Below the pieces are notes generated by a model, which was not told the DNA's origin, searched no databases, and saw nothing but the letters and a program-made list of their open reading frames with translations. From Prasinococcaceae sp. CCMP 1430 (lineage: Eukaryota > Plantae > Prasinodermophyta), in contig RQSC01000027.1 of NCBI GenBank assembly GCA_013416795.1, forward strand, positions 519,911 to 583,910: a stretch of 64,000 nt of DNA, read 5' to 3'. The translations under genes and the position numbers were made by a program. Below are positions 32,683-44,803 of this stretch, one piece after another; the first letter of the stretch is position 1; each line of letters opens with the position of its first letter.

Positions 32683-33889
32683 ATGGGCGGGAGCGCGGGC
32701 GGAACCCGCGTCGGCGCAGCCCGCTCACGAAGGGGAAAAACGAAACGCGTCGCGCGCGTGCGCGCCAGCGCGCCGTCAGCGGTCGCGGCGACGGCGGTAG
32801 CAGTGGCGGCGGCGGCGGGCGCAGCTGGCGACGTGGCGCTCGCAGCGGCAGAGGAGGCGCTCTCGCAGCGCCTGGCGGCCGTGCAGAGCTCGCGCTCCGC
32901 CGAGCGCGTGCTGGGACAGGAGCACGCCCTCGCCGGCGACCCGCTCGCCGCGAGCGCGGTCGGCGCGGACGACTTCGCAGGAGGAGAGGAGGACTTCGTC
33001 TCCCAGGGCTCGGACCAAGATGACATGCTCGAGCTTGAGGAGCCGTAGCGGCACGGCTGCGCGGAGGGCTCGGGAGTGCATGCGCCAATTCGCGTCGGCG
33101 CGCGGCGCGCGCGTGCACGGGAGGCGCGCGCCGGCACGGGCGTGCTCTTCAGCGGACTCGGTGGCGTGCGTGGGCGTTGGGGCGCGCCGCAGCCCGTCGG
33201 TGGTTGCATCGGAGATGGAGCGCTGCTACTCGCTCGTGGAGCGATGCGGACGCGGCATCGTATGGCTCGGCTCCTCGCGCGCCGAGCCCGCGCCGGCGGG
33301 CGCTCCGGCGGCCGGCCACTACGAGCGCAGCTTCGATCTTGCGCAGCGCGCGCACGCGCTGCTTGGCGGCACGGCGTGGAGCGGCGCAGGGCCGGGGCTC
33401 ATGCGTGCGGTGAGCGAGGGTGCAGTCGCCGCGGGAAGGCCCGCCGCAGGCTTCAAGATCCTCTTCGGCGAGGCGCAGCAGGCGGCGGGCGCGGACGGCT
33501 TTCAGCATCCGTACCTCAGCCGTGATATGTACGAGGTAGTGGAGTTCTTCTCGGCGCGCAAGCATGGCCTGGTGGACGCCGGCGTGCGCCACGAAGCCTC
33601 CGAGAGAACCGCATTCGTGTGCCTGCCTGGAGGGTTGGGAACGCTCGATGAGTTCTTCGAGGTCGTTTGCCTGTCGCAGCTCAGCCGCTTGGAAGGCAAG
33701 GGCAGCTCGCTCGCGTTGCCGCCCTGCCTGCTGATGAACTACGATGGTTGCTACGACGGCGTGGAGCAGCTCGTGCGCGACGCCGAGCGGTTTGGCTACC
33801 TCAATGAGGGCGAGGCCGAGCCGCACTTTGAGGTCTGCCGCTCCAATGACGAGGCTATTGCACTGCTCGCCGACTTTTACGGCCTGTAA
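32683..33889 (+). CDS. LOG-family (lysine-decarboxylase-like/phosphoribohydrolase) protein, probably organellar; intron 33045-33192
   Basis: GRGIVWLGSSR, WSGAGPGLMRAV, FFSARKHGL, AFVCLPGGLGTLDEFFE (PGGxGT motif) and LLMNYDGCYD. Confidence 0.82.
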
Positions 33890-34139
33890 CATGGAAACAG
33901 TTGGTGACAAGTGGCGACTGAATTATGCGCAAGCGCGCGCATCGCGTACGTGCGTGCTAAGCCGCGGATCGGCGGACTCGCTTGCGGTGTGCAGGCAACA
34001 CCGTCTTTCCCGCCTACGCTCCCTCTGCCCTCGCCGTGTTCTCGTCGCTGCCCCACTATCACTGGGAATCCGCAGCTTCTTCGGGCGCGTGAGTGGGCAT
34101 CGCTGGCTGAGGCGGTGCGCCGGCCGTCGGGAGGGCACC

Positions 34140-35755
34140 CTATTCGCCGTCGGGGCATTCGCTATTCCGGATCGCCTCATACTCGTGCGATCTCCCCTGG
34201 GTGTCCACCTCGCTCTGCTTGGACCGTTTCAAATAGAGCATCCTCGCCAAACCCACTACGCAAAACAAGAACATGGCCACGATATGGAGCACAAGGGCGA
34301 TCGTTCGAAGCTTCTGCTTCTCACGAGCTCTCCGCGAAAGCAGTGGTCCGCACGGGCGCGGGGAGCACTCCGTGGCGATGCCCTTCACGTTGGAACACCT
34401 CCATCCACCGGAGTCGCCAAGGGTGAGGTTATGGACACGGACGCCTTCGATGGGGCTATCCTGCAGGCCTTCGATGTCAACTGCGAGCGCGCTGCGCTGC
34501 CCAAACCAATTCTCGAGCGTGATGCCGCTCAGGCGAGGCATTTCCGGCGCGACGTACGAGGCGTTGCACGCTGGATTGGGGTCGCCGTAGAAATCTGATA
34601 CGAAGAGCGTGATGGCCACATCCTCAGAGGTCGAATTGGCGAACGTCACATTGCGGATGTACGCACCGCGAGTCGAGGAACTCTTCAGGCGCACTGCGGC
34701 GTGGCAGTTGACGAAGTGGCTGTTGACCACCGTCACGTTCTCCACGCCACCCGACATCTGTGACGACGAGCGCGGATCCACAGGGGCTGGCTGTCAGACG
34801 CAGCCTGCGGCATCGGTTGGCAGTATGGGCACTGTCGCGCAGCGGCTGCGCATCGCACCTCTGACCCGATGCATACACCTGCAGCCTTTGGAGAGTTGAC
34901 CGTGAGGTTGCGTATGAAGATGTTCCTGCTCGGCCTGCCAAACTCCAGGCCTGCGCAGTCCCAGCCGCTCTTGATGGCAACGCCATCGTCGCCCACCTGA
35001 AAGTAGCTGTGCTCGACGAGCACATCTTGGCTGCTGTCAGGGTCGAAGCCGTCAGTGTTGGGCGATGGCTGGTGGTTGAGTATTGTGAGGAAGCGAGCGG
35101 TCACATTCTCGCACGCGTAGGGGTGCACCGTCCAAAAAGGCGAGTTCACGAGCGTGACGTTGGTGATCACTAAACCGGTAGTAAACATGAGCTCTATGAG
35201 GCGTGGTCGCGTGATGTTCGTCGCAGCTTCCCTGCCGTCGAGGTGGGCATACCACCACTCCCAGCCCGCGCCGTCGATGGTACCATTGTCGCCGGCGATC
35301 ACAACGTCAGTGAGGTTGTAGCCGCCTATGAAGGGCGCGCGCCGCGGGCCCAGGTGGTCGCGTCCTGTGCCGTAGCCCGGCAACGGAGCGACTACTGGAA
35401 ACCTTTCGAAGTCATCCACGGCCTTGATCGTCGCGTTTGCGCCAATCCATAGCGTACAGTTGCTCGTCAGGTTGAAGGGCGCGGACATGTACACGCCCGG
35501 ACCAGGGAAGACCAGCGTCGCACCGCCATCGCGCGCATGTTTGCTCGCGTTGCGTAGAGCTGCCTCGATGCTCGCAGTGTTGTCCGTGACACCATCACCG
35601 ACGGCCCCGAAGGCTCGCGCGTCGAGCGTCACCGCGCGCCCAGGAAGCTGTGTCGGCGAAGCACGCGCGGTGCCCGCGCCGCGGACCGCCAGCGACCCAA
35701 GCGTGGCGAGCAACAGCGCGCGAACCACGCGCGTGCTCCCCCCTCGCACGCGCAT
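34140..35755 (-). CDS. Glycoside hydrolase family 28 (polygalacturonase-like) with signal peptide and C-terminal TM anchor; intron 34758-34858
   Basis: FGAVGDGVTDNT, SPFWTVHP, SPNTDGFDPDS, GDDGVAIKSGW, IGSE|MSGGVENV and VRLKS; hydrophobic IALVLHIVAMFLFCVVGLA near the C-terminus. Confidence 0.92.
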
Positions 35756-36309
35756 CCCGCCTCGCCACCCTTCCCCCCCCTCGCGGTCAGCACTCCCGCG
35801 TGCGACGCTTGCCAGGCAACGCGGATGAGAACGCCACAGCCTCGCTTCCCGGCATATGTGGGCCTTCCCTTGACTCCGCCCTCTCTGCCGGCGCGCTCGC
35901 GCGCAGAGTGGCACCAGTGGCGCACCCCCCCGTGCTGCTGCTCATGTTGCGACGTAGGTGCGTACCCCACTGCTTTGCCTCGCACGCGCGCGGTCATTTT
36001 CCGCGCACCACGGCGCGGCGTTCGCACGTGTTTCGTACCGGCGGCGTGGGAAGAAAGAGCGCGCGAATCAACACCCCGGCGCGCGCGGCGCGCGCGGTCA
36101 CGCGCTGCTGCGTGCCACACGGGCACACGCGGCGCGCGTGCGCACGCGGTTGTGCGAGGGAGGGAGGGGAGGGTGAGGGGAGGGGGGGGGGCGCAGCTTC
36201 CTCACGGGGGCGAGACGCGCAGCGAGGCGACGGCCTCGGGACAGGCGGCCCACGGCCCGTGCGCGGCGCAAGTGCGGGCTTTTGGTTGGTTGGTGGCGCA
36301 CCGGCGGGG

Positions 36310-37700
36310 ATGTCGGCGACCGCGGGCGGCGAGATCCAACCAGAGGCGGCGCACGCGGGGATGAGCAACGGCGATGCGGGTGGCGGCATCATCGCGCGCA
36401 TGCGAGCATTTCTCGCCAGCTTCTCGCGAGGGCATTCGCTGCAGCTTCTCGAGGAAAAGGACTCGCGGCACCAGCGGCTGTGGGCATTTGCTATGCTGGG
36501 CGCTCTTTGTGGCGCGACAGCCTACAGTACCGCATTTGCTGTTGCCGTAGCTTTCGGGGCAATCGCTGATGTGCGCGCGGCGATCTACATCCTGTCGCTG
36601 GGCTGCGCGGGGACGCTCGTGTATCTCCTCGGGATGGTTGCCACTTACAATATGCTCAAGCGCCTGTTGACTTGCTACGCCGTGATGGCAATGGTCGGTG
36701 CAGCGCTCTACTTTCTGGGTTTCGTGGCGGCGATGACGGCGTCCACCACCAGCGTTGGCGAAGCAGCTTTCCTCCGCACCTGTCTCAGCTTCATCAATGC
36801 AGAGTATACGCAAAAGCCAGTCGCAGATACAATCGGGGCAGCATGGAACAGAGAGGCGTCGCACGTCTACGAAGACTCGTTTCCCAGCAACATTACAGGT
36901 GAGCGAAAAAGAGCGCCACCAGCAGAGCGCCGCCCATCTTGCTGGCCATGCGCTGACGTCTTGCGTAAGCATACATGCCATACTGCTGCCTATGCGGCGA
37001 GCACAACGAGTCCGTCCTCGGGGGCGACTGGTACGATGAGAAATGCGTGGCCACAGTCACGTACACGGTACCCGCGCCCGGAAACGCCACCGACACAGTT
37101 GTCACAGAGTGGCCGAGCGTGCGCGCCGCGCGTTCGTGGCTGTACCAGACCTATCCAAAGGAGTGCCGCGCACAGAAGACCAACAAGAAGGTCATTCTCC
37201 ACGAGAAATCGGGCGATCCCAAAAAGCCACGACCGAACGCCAACGCTACCAACAGCAGCTCTGGCGCGGGCACGGGCGCCGGAGGGCAGCCAGGGGCGAA
37301 CACGACTGCTGTGCCCTTGTACAGCACGCGCCCCAACTACTCGCTCATGACCAAGCACCTGCTAGCCGACGACTGGGACGCTGTCTTCGCCGAGTACGAC
37401 TTCGAAGGGCCGGATGCGCAGACCGAATCTGCTCTGATTGCGAGGGACCTCGTGAGTCAGAAGGCAAACCCGTGCCTCTGTGACTGCGCGCAGGTCGCGG
37501 CTGCGCCGACGAACCGATCTTCAACGTCCGTCGTGGCGAAGGTTTTGGAGGCATGGGACCCGATAGATTGCCCGGTGTACTATGACCAGCTCAGAGCGCC
37601 CACCGTCGTGCTGAGCATCCTCTGCTTGATCGTATCGCTGGCGCTGCTGTATTCATGCCATCTTTCTTTCGAGCTCTCCAAGATGCGAGGCATGGTGTGA
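36310..37700 (+). CDS. Tetraspanin-like four-TM protein with an enlarged Cys-rich extracellular loop; intron 36899-36969
   Basis: Three N-terminal TM helices including LLGMVATYNMLKRLLTCY, a loop with PYCCLCG, further Cys residues and many N-x-S/T sequons, and a fourth TM near the C-terminus. The GTGAGC..TAAG intron has a CTGAC branch site. Confidence 0.65.
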
Positions 37701-37837
37701 GGATGCGAGTCACCTCAACGATCGCCGACGTGCACCAGAGCGACACGAGGCGCGCAAGGGCCTGCTGCGCCGCTACGTAAGACGAGCGATCACGTTTGGA
37801 AGCACTAGCTGCCTTCGTCTGGTCTATTTGGCATTAC

Positions 37838-39685
37838 TCAGTCCACATCGCAGAGCCCGTCCTCGTCGTCCTCGTCCTGCGCGAACGCCACTTCCTTCGC
37901 ATCGACCGGCTCGGTCGCAATGGCAGCGGCGGCGGCGGCAGCGGCGGCGTGATCCGCGGGATCCTCACCGAGGTCGTCACCAGCACTGGCGGCATCGTCA
38001 GCAGCATAACCACCAACGTCGCCAGCGATCTCTGTGGTCACCACATCCTGCGACTCTTCGTCCTCGTCACTTGAAGACGAGTACTCGTCGTCCGAAGGGA
38101 GCCACGCGTGGCGCTTTCGGTGCACAGACTGCGGCATGCCAGCTGTCTCTACACCGCCCTCAGAATCACCCCCCTCGGCCTCAGCCTCGACCACGGCCTC
38201 GGCCTCCACTTCCTGTCGCTCGCCCACTTCCACCGCCGCTTTCCACAAGGACGAGTACATGTCGGTGCCCCAGATTGCTGGGCGCGGCGGCGCGGGCACG
38301 GCCGCTGTGCTTCCATGGCCCTCTCCACCGCCCTCACCACCGCCATACGACGTGAGCGCCTCCGCCTTGGCCGCCGAGCGCGCCATCTCGCGACGCACTA
38401 CCTGCGCTTTGAATGTGCGCTGGGTTTCGCGCTGCCTCTCCAGCATGTCGGCGGTGATGGGGGCTGGTTGGCGCACTGGGGACGGCGCCTCTTGCTCCGG
38501 CCGCTCCCGCTGTTCTGGCTCCTCGCGCTGCTCCCGCTGCTCCACAGCGTCCACATCGAGGGCGGGCGCCTTATTATTCTGGACAGCGGCTGAGCCGGTG
38601 TCCGCGTTTGCGCTCATGCGCTGTTCCTCCCCGTGCTGCTGCTCTTTCTCTGCGCCTGCACGCGCCGAAGCTTCATCCTTGTCCACCACCACGAAGTCGC
38701 TTCCGCACGGGCTGGGCGCGCGCTCCGACTGCGGCGCCTCGCGCGGCTCGAGGCCGTGGAACTGCTTGCTTAATAGCTCCTCGCGCTCCATGAGTTCCCT
38801 TTGCCGCTTGGCCTTGCCCTTCTCCACCATCTCTCGGAACGCGTCGCGGTGGCGCTGCCTGTCCGCCTCCTCCTCATCCTTTATGCGCTGGCGCTCTTCG
38901 CGCTCGGCCTCGATGCCGCCTTTGACGAAGGCCTTGGCGAGGCGCGACTCCTTGGGGAACACAGGCGACTCATCTAGGTAGTTGAGGGAGGGCATGGCTG
39001 CAATCAGGCTCTTGCGGTAGTGCTTCACCATCGACACCACACGGTTGCCCTTGAGAACCAGCAGAGAAAGTGGGATGGTCTTGAGCAGCTCCACCGCCTC
39101 CGGCTGTTCCAGCTGATTGTTTGAAAGGTCCAGGCTGCGAAGCTCGGGGCTTTGCGCGAGCTCCTCGACACCCTCGAGGCCGGTGACCCTGTTATTGGCC
39201 GCGTGCAATGTGGTGAGCAGCTTGAGCTTCCCGATGCCCTCGAGGGATGTCAACGAGTTGTCGCTGATATCTAGCGTGCGAAGGTTCGTCAGGCAGCCCA
39301 GGCAGCCCGTGTCAAGGCTGCGTAGCAGGTTTTGGTTGACGTAAAGCGTGCACAGCTCTGTCTGTGCCTCGAGGCCCTCGATCTCATCAATGCCATTTCC
39401 CTCCAGGTAGAGCGTCTGCTCAGGTGTACAGGCGTGGCCGGTGACGCAAACAAGCGCGCACACGACGCGGGTGAAGCGGTGTCAGCGCCCGGACGGCCGG
39501 CTCGCCGACGCCGCGAGACTCAGCGCGCGCGTGCGCACCTTGAGGCCTGTGTACTTCTCCAGCGCTTCAATGCGCGAGATACCCTTGCGCTGTAGCCGCA
39601 GCACATCGTTCAGCTCCGGACACGATGCATACAAGTGCTCCTTGCGGCAGAGATCGCGAAGGTACGACTCTGTCAGCACCGTCAT
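37838..39685 (-). CDS. DNAAF1: Dynein axonemal assembly factor 1 (ODA7/LRRC50-like LRR protein); intron 39416-39538
   Basis: LRDLCRKEHLY...LNDVLRLQRKGISRIEALEKYTGLK|TLYLEGNGI, SDS22-type LRRs, YRKSLIAAMPSLNYLDESPVFPKESRLAKAF and GGIEAEREER. Confidence 0.88.
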
Positions 39686-40323
39686 GGCCGGCCGGCAAGG
39701 CGCGTGCCCGGCGCCCGCGCCCCCCGCTCTGCCGGCCTCCCTTTGCCGGTCCCCCTTCCCCCGCTCCGCACTCTTCCCCACCCCTACCCACGACTTGCCG
39801 CGCACAGCTGCCCTGCGCGCCGAGCCCCCGTCGCCGCCGCCGCGCAGGCGCCGCGCGCGCGACGTGTGTCTGCGCGCTCGATGGCGCGCGCGCGCCCGCG
39901 CGTTGACCGCCGGTGCGTCCCAACGAAAACAGGTGCGACCTGGAGTTCCTCTGAAAGACTCGAGCAAGCACCCCTCCACGACGTCGATACCAGGGTAAAA
40001 TTGGGGTAGACCGGGAAGAGACATCTCCCAAACCCTCGCCGTTCCCCGAGGCGGAGGTGCCCGATTTGGGCCGCGGACCGCGCGTGGCCGTGCTGGCGGC
40101 GCACGTGCGGGGCGCGGCGCGGAGCGATGTCGCTCCCGACGGGCGCCCTGCGCGGGGCGGCGCGGGGCGGGGCGGGTGAGCCTTGCGGACCGCGGGCGGT
40201 GACGTTCCGAGCCACCCCCCATCGCGGGCCGTGCGCGCGCGCGCGTGCACGCGTGCGCCTGTGCGCGCGCAGCCGTGCGAGCTCGCCGGCTGCGCACGAG
40301 GGGGAGGAGGGGTGTAACGCACG

Positions 40324-41226
40324 ATGGGGGCCGGGGGTGCGGAAGAGGCGTCTACGGAGCCTGCGCGCCCAAGGTACTTCACACCTACCGAGGTCGGTGC
40401 GCACAACAACCCGGATGACGTGTGGGTGTCCTTTCTCGGAGGGGTGTACGACCTGACGCCTCTGTCAGCAAATGGCGAGAACGGAGTGCTGCTGCAGCCA
40501 CTGCTCGACGTGGCGGGCACCGACATCTCGCACTGGTTCGATGCGAGCACGGGGGACCTCAAGAGGTCGGTGGACCCGGTCACCAACCTGGGGGGCTACC
40601 ACGTCCCCATGGGCCGCTTCGTGCATGTACCGCCCGCCGACCCGAGCGCCGACTGGAGTACGTCTTTCGGGACGCCGTGGTGGAAGAATGCCGGGCTGCG
40701 CGTGGGTGACCTCACCGCATGCACGCGGCTGGTGCGCATTAAAAACGTGCTTACTGCGCAGGAGGCGACGCTGGAGGTCCCCGAGGAGGAGACTGTGGGT
40801 GAGATACGCGAGCGCTACCTCGCGCACAACTGGCACGCCAAGGGCTACACCTGGAAAGTCATGAAGCGCACGCCGCCTGAGGACGGTGCGGAGGAGGCTA
40901 CTGGTGCGTGCAGCAAAAGCGCACGAACACGCACTGCGCGCGCGCACGCGAACAGTTGCCGGTGATGCGTGCTCGCATGCTCGCCCAATCGCACTTGTAG
41001 GCACACCCACGCTGACGCGCTTGCTTGCTTGATTTGTGCTCGCGCCCGCGAACCCACATACCCTCACGCAGCCACGTACGAATGGATAGAGCTTGATATG
41101 GATAAGACACTCGCCGACAACGGAGTGCCCGACCAGGCGCCCGACTTTGCTGCGGTGGGCATCGATGAGGACTACTATGTGCCCGTCATTCACGTGTACT
41201 TTAAGGACGCGCTCACCGTTGCGTGA
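40324..41226 (+). CDS. CYB5D1: Cytochrome b5 domain-containing protein 1 (ciliary); intron 40904-41071
   Basis: RYFTPTEVGAHN...WVSFLGGVYDLTPL, AGTDISHWFD, GRFVHVPP, PWWK, LEVPEEETVGEIRERYL.HNWHAKGYTWK, LDMDKTLADNG and PVIHVYFKDALT. Confidence 0.92.
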
Positions 41227-41400
41227 CGCGTGCACGCGCTCTGGGCGAGCTTTTGGTGCCGTAATGATTGTGGATTTGTACAACGTGTCACTATGAAGAG
41301 GGCCGACTTCGCACGACACCGATGCCGAGGACGCGCGTGCGGCATCTGTGTGGCATACGCGAGCGCGGCACTTCGCATGCGTGCATAAGTATGGTTGCTG

Positions 41401-43353
41401 TCATTCCCACCAGAAGTTGACAGAGGCGCTGGACGACATCGAGCGGCAGTAGTGCCACACACCTGCCGGGATAAAGAGGGCATCGCCAGGCGCAAGCACG
41501 CAGTCGACGTATGAGGCGCTGCTGAACTCTGGAAACCGAGCTGCGTCAGGCGCATCCATGTCGACCTGCATGATGCGCGATTGCGCACGAGCACGCGCGC
41601 AAGAGTGTGTGTGTGTACACACCGCGTATTAGTGGCCGATAGGGACGACTAGGCGCACTCGTGCAGATGTAGGCTCGCGCGTCTGCATACCTGGCTTGCG
41701 TTCGCCCAGCGCGATTCACTACTGCGCGGGTAGAGCTTGAAGCCTTGGTCATGGGGGTAGAGACGAACATACTTACGGCCAACAATCTGTGCACACGTTC
41801 CACACGCTCGCGCTTGTCAGCTCCTCAGCCCACACTCTGACATAGACGCAAAAGTGCCTGTCGACGCACCTGACAGAGCATGTTGTGATTTGGATCGTGG
41901 TGCAGGGGCGTGACGGTGTGTTTGGGCCCCAGCCACGCGTTGGCGGCCACCAGCCGCCCTCGGCCCGTGCGCGTCTGCGGTGGCGGTGCCACGTCAGCCG
42001 CCAGCGCCTCGACCTGGTCGAGCAGTGGATGCTGCGCCAGGTAACCGCGCTGCAGCTGCGCGGCAGCATGACCGTCGCCTTCGCTTACGCCGCTGCCAAA
42101 AGCGTCATTTCCAACCTGGCCCCAATCGGTGTGGCCATCGCTGGCGTCCTCAGCGCCCCATCCTTCAGCACCCACGAAGCGATCGAAGTACTCCGCGAGG
42201 CTCATGAGCTCGTGGCGCCAACCCTCGGCTAAGTAGTTGCGTCCGACCTGCGTGTGCGCGTGCGCCAGTAGTCACGCGTGTGAGTGATGAATCGCCATAT
42301 GCGTTCGGGCCGCCCTTGCCCATGCCCCTTCCCCCGTCCCCCTCTAATCTTCAAGAATGCATGGGCGCGCGTAGCAGAGAGCATTCGCGCGCGGCACACC
42401 TCAACAGGTACCAGCCGCCCGCCCGCCACGCGTTTGAGGTAGTTGCCGCCAGGTTTTGCCCAGCGCTCGGCGGCGGCCCAGCTCCAGTGCGCGACCGCGC
42501 CCTTGAGCACAACGGCCTTGGCGGGCAAGAGGTGCTCGCGCGCGAATGCGTCGCCGTCGTCGAGCTCGGCGGCCATGCGGCACGGCACTGCGCGCGCGGC
42601 GAGGAGCGAGCCAGGTGGTAAAACCTCGCGCAGGCCCGCGGTAGCTGCAAAGCGTGCGCTGCCGCCAAGGTCCTCGCCCCGACGAGCGGCCGCATCGAGC
42701 GCGACGGCAGGTGTAGCTGGTGTGGCGGGAGGAGTGCCTTTGTCATCTCTACCCTCAGCGAGCGCACCGTCCACCGCCGCGCGCGCCGCCCAGTCAAGCG
42801 CTGCGCGCCATGCGGGCCCGCCAATGATGATGGCCATGTCGAGCGCGCGTCGCGCGGCATCGAGCCGGCCGGCCTCGCCCTGCCGCAGCAAATCCTCGAT
42901 CAGGCGGCCCAGCACAGCTGCGTCTCGCCAAGCTTGCGCCCAGTCATCCCCGCCGCTGCCTGGCGCGCAACAGCTATGAGCGCAGCCCATGGCGTCATCC
43001 TCGGCAATTTCCGCCACGCGCGCAGCAGACACCAATGCGACATCGGCTGCGCCAGCTGCAAGGCCCTCGACAGCGCGCCGCAGGCACGCCGCGGCCTCTT
43101 TTGCGTCGCACGAGCGCTCGGGCTCCCCGCAGGCGCGCAGCGCGGCCGAAGAGACGCATGGCAGCCCGCCAGATGGTGAGACCCTGTCGGCTGCCGCACC
43201 GCTTGCGACGCTGCTGACGCCACCATTATCCGCGTCCTCAAGCTTTGCCGCGGTTGCGAGCGCTCGGCCACTCAGTGCGATGAGTGCCTTGAAGGGGAGG
43301 CTCACATAGCCCTCCCGGGCGCTCTCCGGCGGCGGCAGCCGTGCGCCTGCCAT
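41401..43353 (-). CDS. JMJD5: JmjC-domain protein (JMJD5/KDM8/JMJ30 family); exons 43353-42400, 42247-41870, 41786-41691 and 41565-41401
   Basis: VPVE|VGRNYL, GYLAQHPLLDQV, NAWLGPKHTVTPLHHDP (HxD), Q|IVGRKYVRLY, LAPGDALFIPAGVWHYCRS and SVNFWW. All introns are GT..AG and in frame. Confidence 0.92.
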
Positions 43354-44803
43354 CGCGCCGCGACGGCCGCCCCTGCCGGCGCTGGACAAGCGCGTGGCCG
43401 AACAGCGCCACCGCCTGCCACGCAGCTGTGGCGCGCGCGGCCGCACCACTGCGGACGCGGCCGGCGCGGGACGGCCACACGCGCCACGGCCGCGCGTGCC
43501 CCTTCGGCCGGCCGCGCGCGCGGCCACTCCGCGCGGCACAGTAATGCATCCCTGGTCCTGCCCGAAGCCTGCCAGGCCAACGCTCGCGCTCGATCGAGAT
43601 GGATGAATGGACACAATGCTGCGTGACATCCGGCTGCGTTTGGGGAACTCCCCATCACCTCGCTGGGTCTGCACCAGCCCGCAGACTCGAGCCAGACTCC
43701 AGAGTCTCCAGCCAGACCCGCTCTTGCAGCCTGCACGCGTGCTCTCCCTCTTCCTCTCACCTCCACCGTTCGATCAATCGACCACCGCCACCAACCAACC
43801 AACCGCGGTGCGGTACCGGCCACCCGCGCGCGGTCATCACCATCCATGCAGCGCCTCCCAGACACCAGCCAGGGCCGAAAACTGCGGAACGCTCCCCGCG
43901 CGCAGCGCTTCCCCAAAGATCTCCCCCTCCGGCCGCGGCCCGCGCGGCCGCCGAAACCAAAAAACGCAAAATCTGAAAAGGCTATGAAAAATATAGCCAA
44001 CGCCCCGCCTGCCGGACGGATGTGCGGACCGGGGATTCCACTCGTTTGGCAATTCCTCGCCGGCTTCGCCCATCGAGTCTGCGGTTCCGCGTTCGCGCGC
44101 TCGGTTTCGGTTCCCCGAGCGCGCGCGCGCGCGCGAGCGCAGGGGCCCGGGTGCTGCGCGCGGTCAGTCATCAGGTCCCCCTTTATCTGTCTATGTTACT
44201 GTTGGGGGGGGGGGAGGCGGGCCGGCCCGCGCGGAGAGCGGGCGCCGGGGCCGCAGCGGACGCCGACGAGCAAGGGCTGCGCGAGCGCGCCCCGGCGACG
44301 GCGCGGGTTGCGAGGGTGGCGCGAGCGACGCACGTGGGCGGGTGGTGGGCGGGCGGACAGCCGAACCAAAGGCGCCCACGGCGATGGCATGCTCTGTCGG
44401 TGACCAGACGGCGTTGTACTCGCGTTCGAAGGGCTCGAAGGTACCGCCACTGCCGCGCGCGCCCCCGCCCGCCGCGTTTCGAACGCAGTTCGAAACGCGC
44501 ACAGCGGCGAGAATAATGCGAATATGCGGACGCCGCCGAGTGTCGCGCGCGCGAAATCGCCAACCTCAAACGAACAAACAACGCGCTCGCGGAGGTGGCG
44601 CGGCCCGGCGGCGCGCGCGGGGCGTCCACCCGCCGCGCGGGGGGCGCGCGGGTTGAACGGGGTGAGATTGCCGCCGCTGAGGGAGGGCGCGCCGCAGGCG
44701 AGTGCCAGGCGACGTCTGGGCACGACCGCGACCGCCCAGCGCGCCCACGCGTGAGTCAGAAAAGGGCGGAGACACGTCAAGACGTTCCCTCTCGCTCGGT
44801 GCC

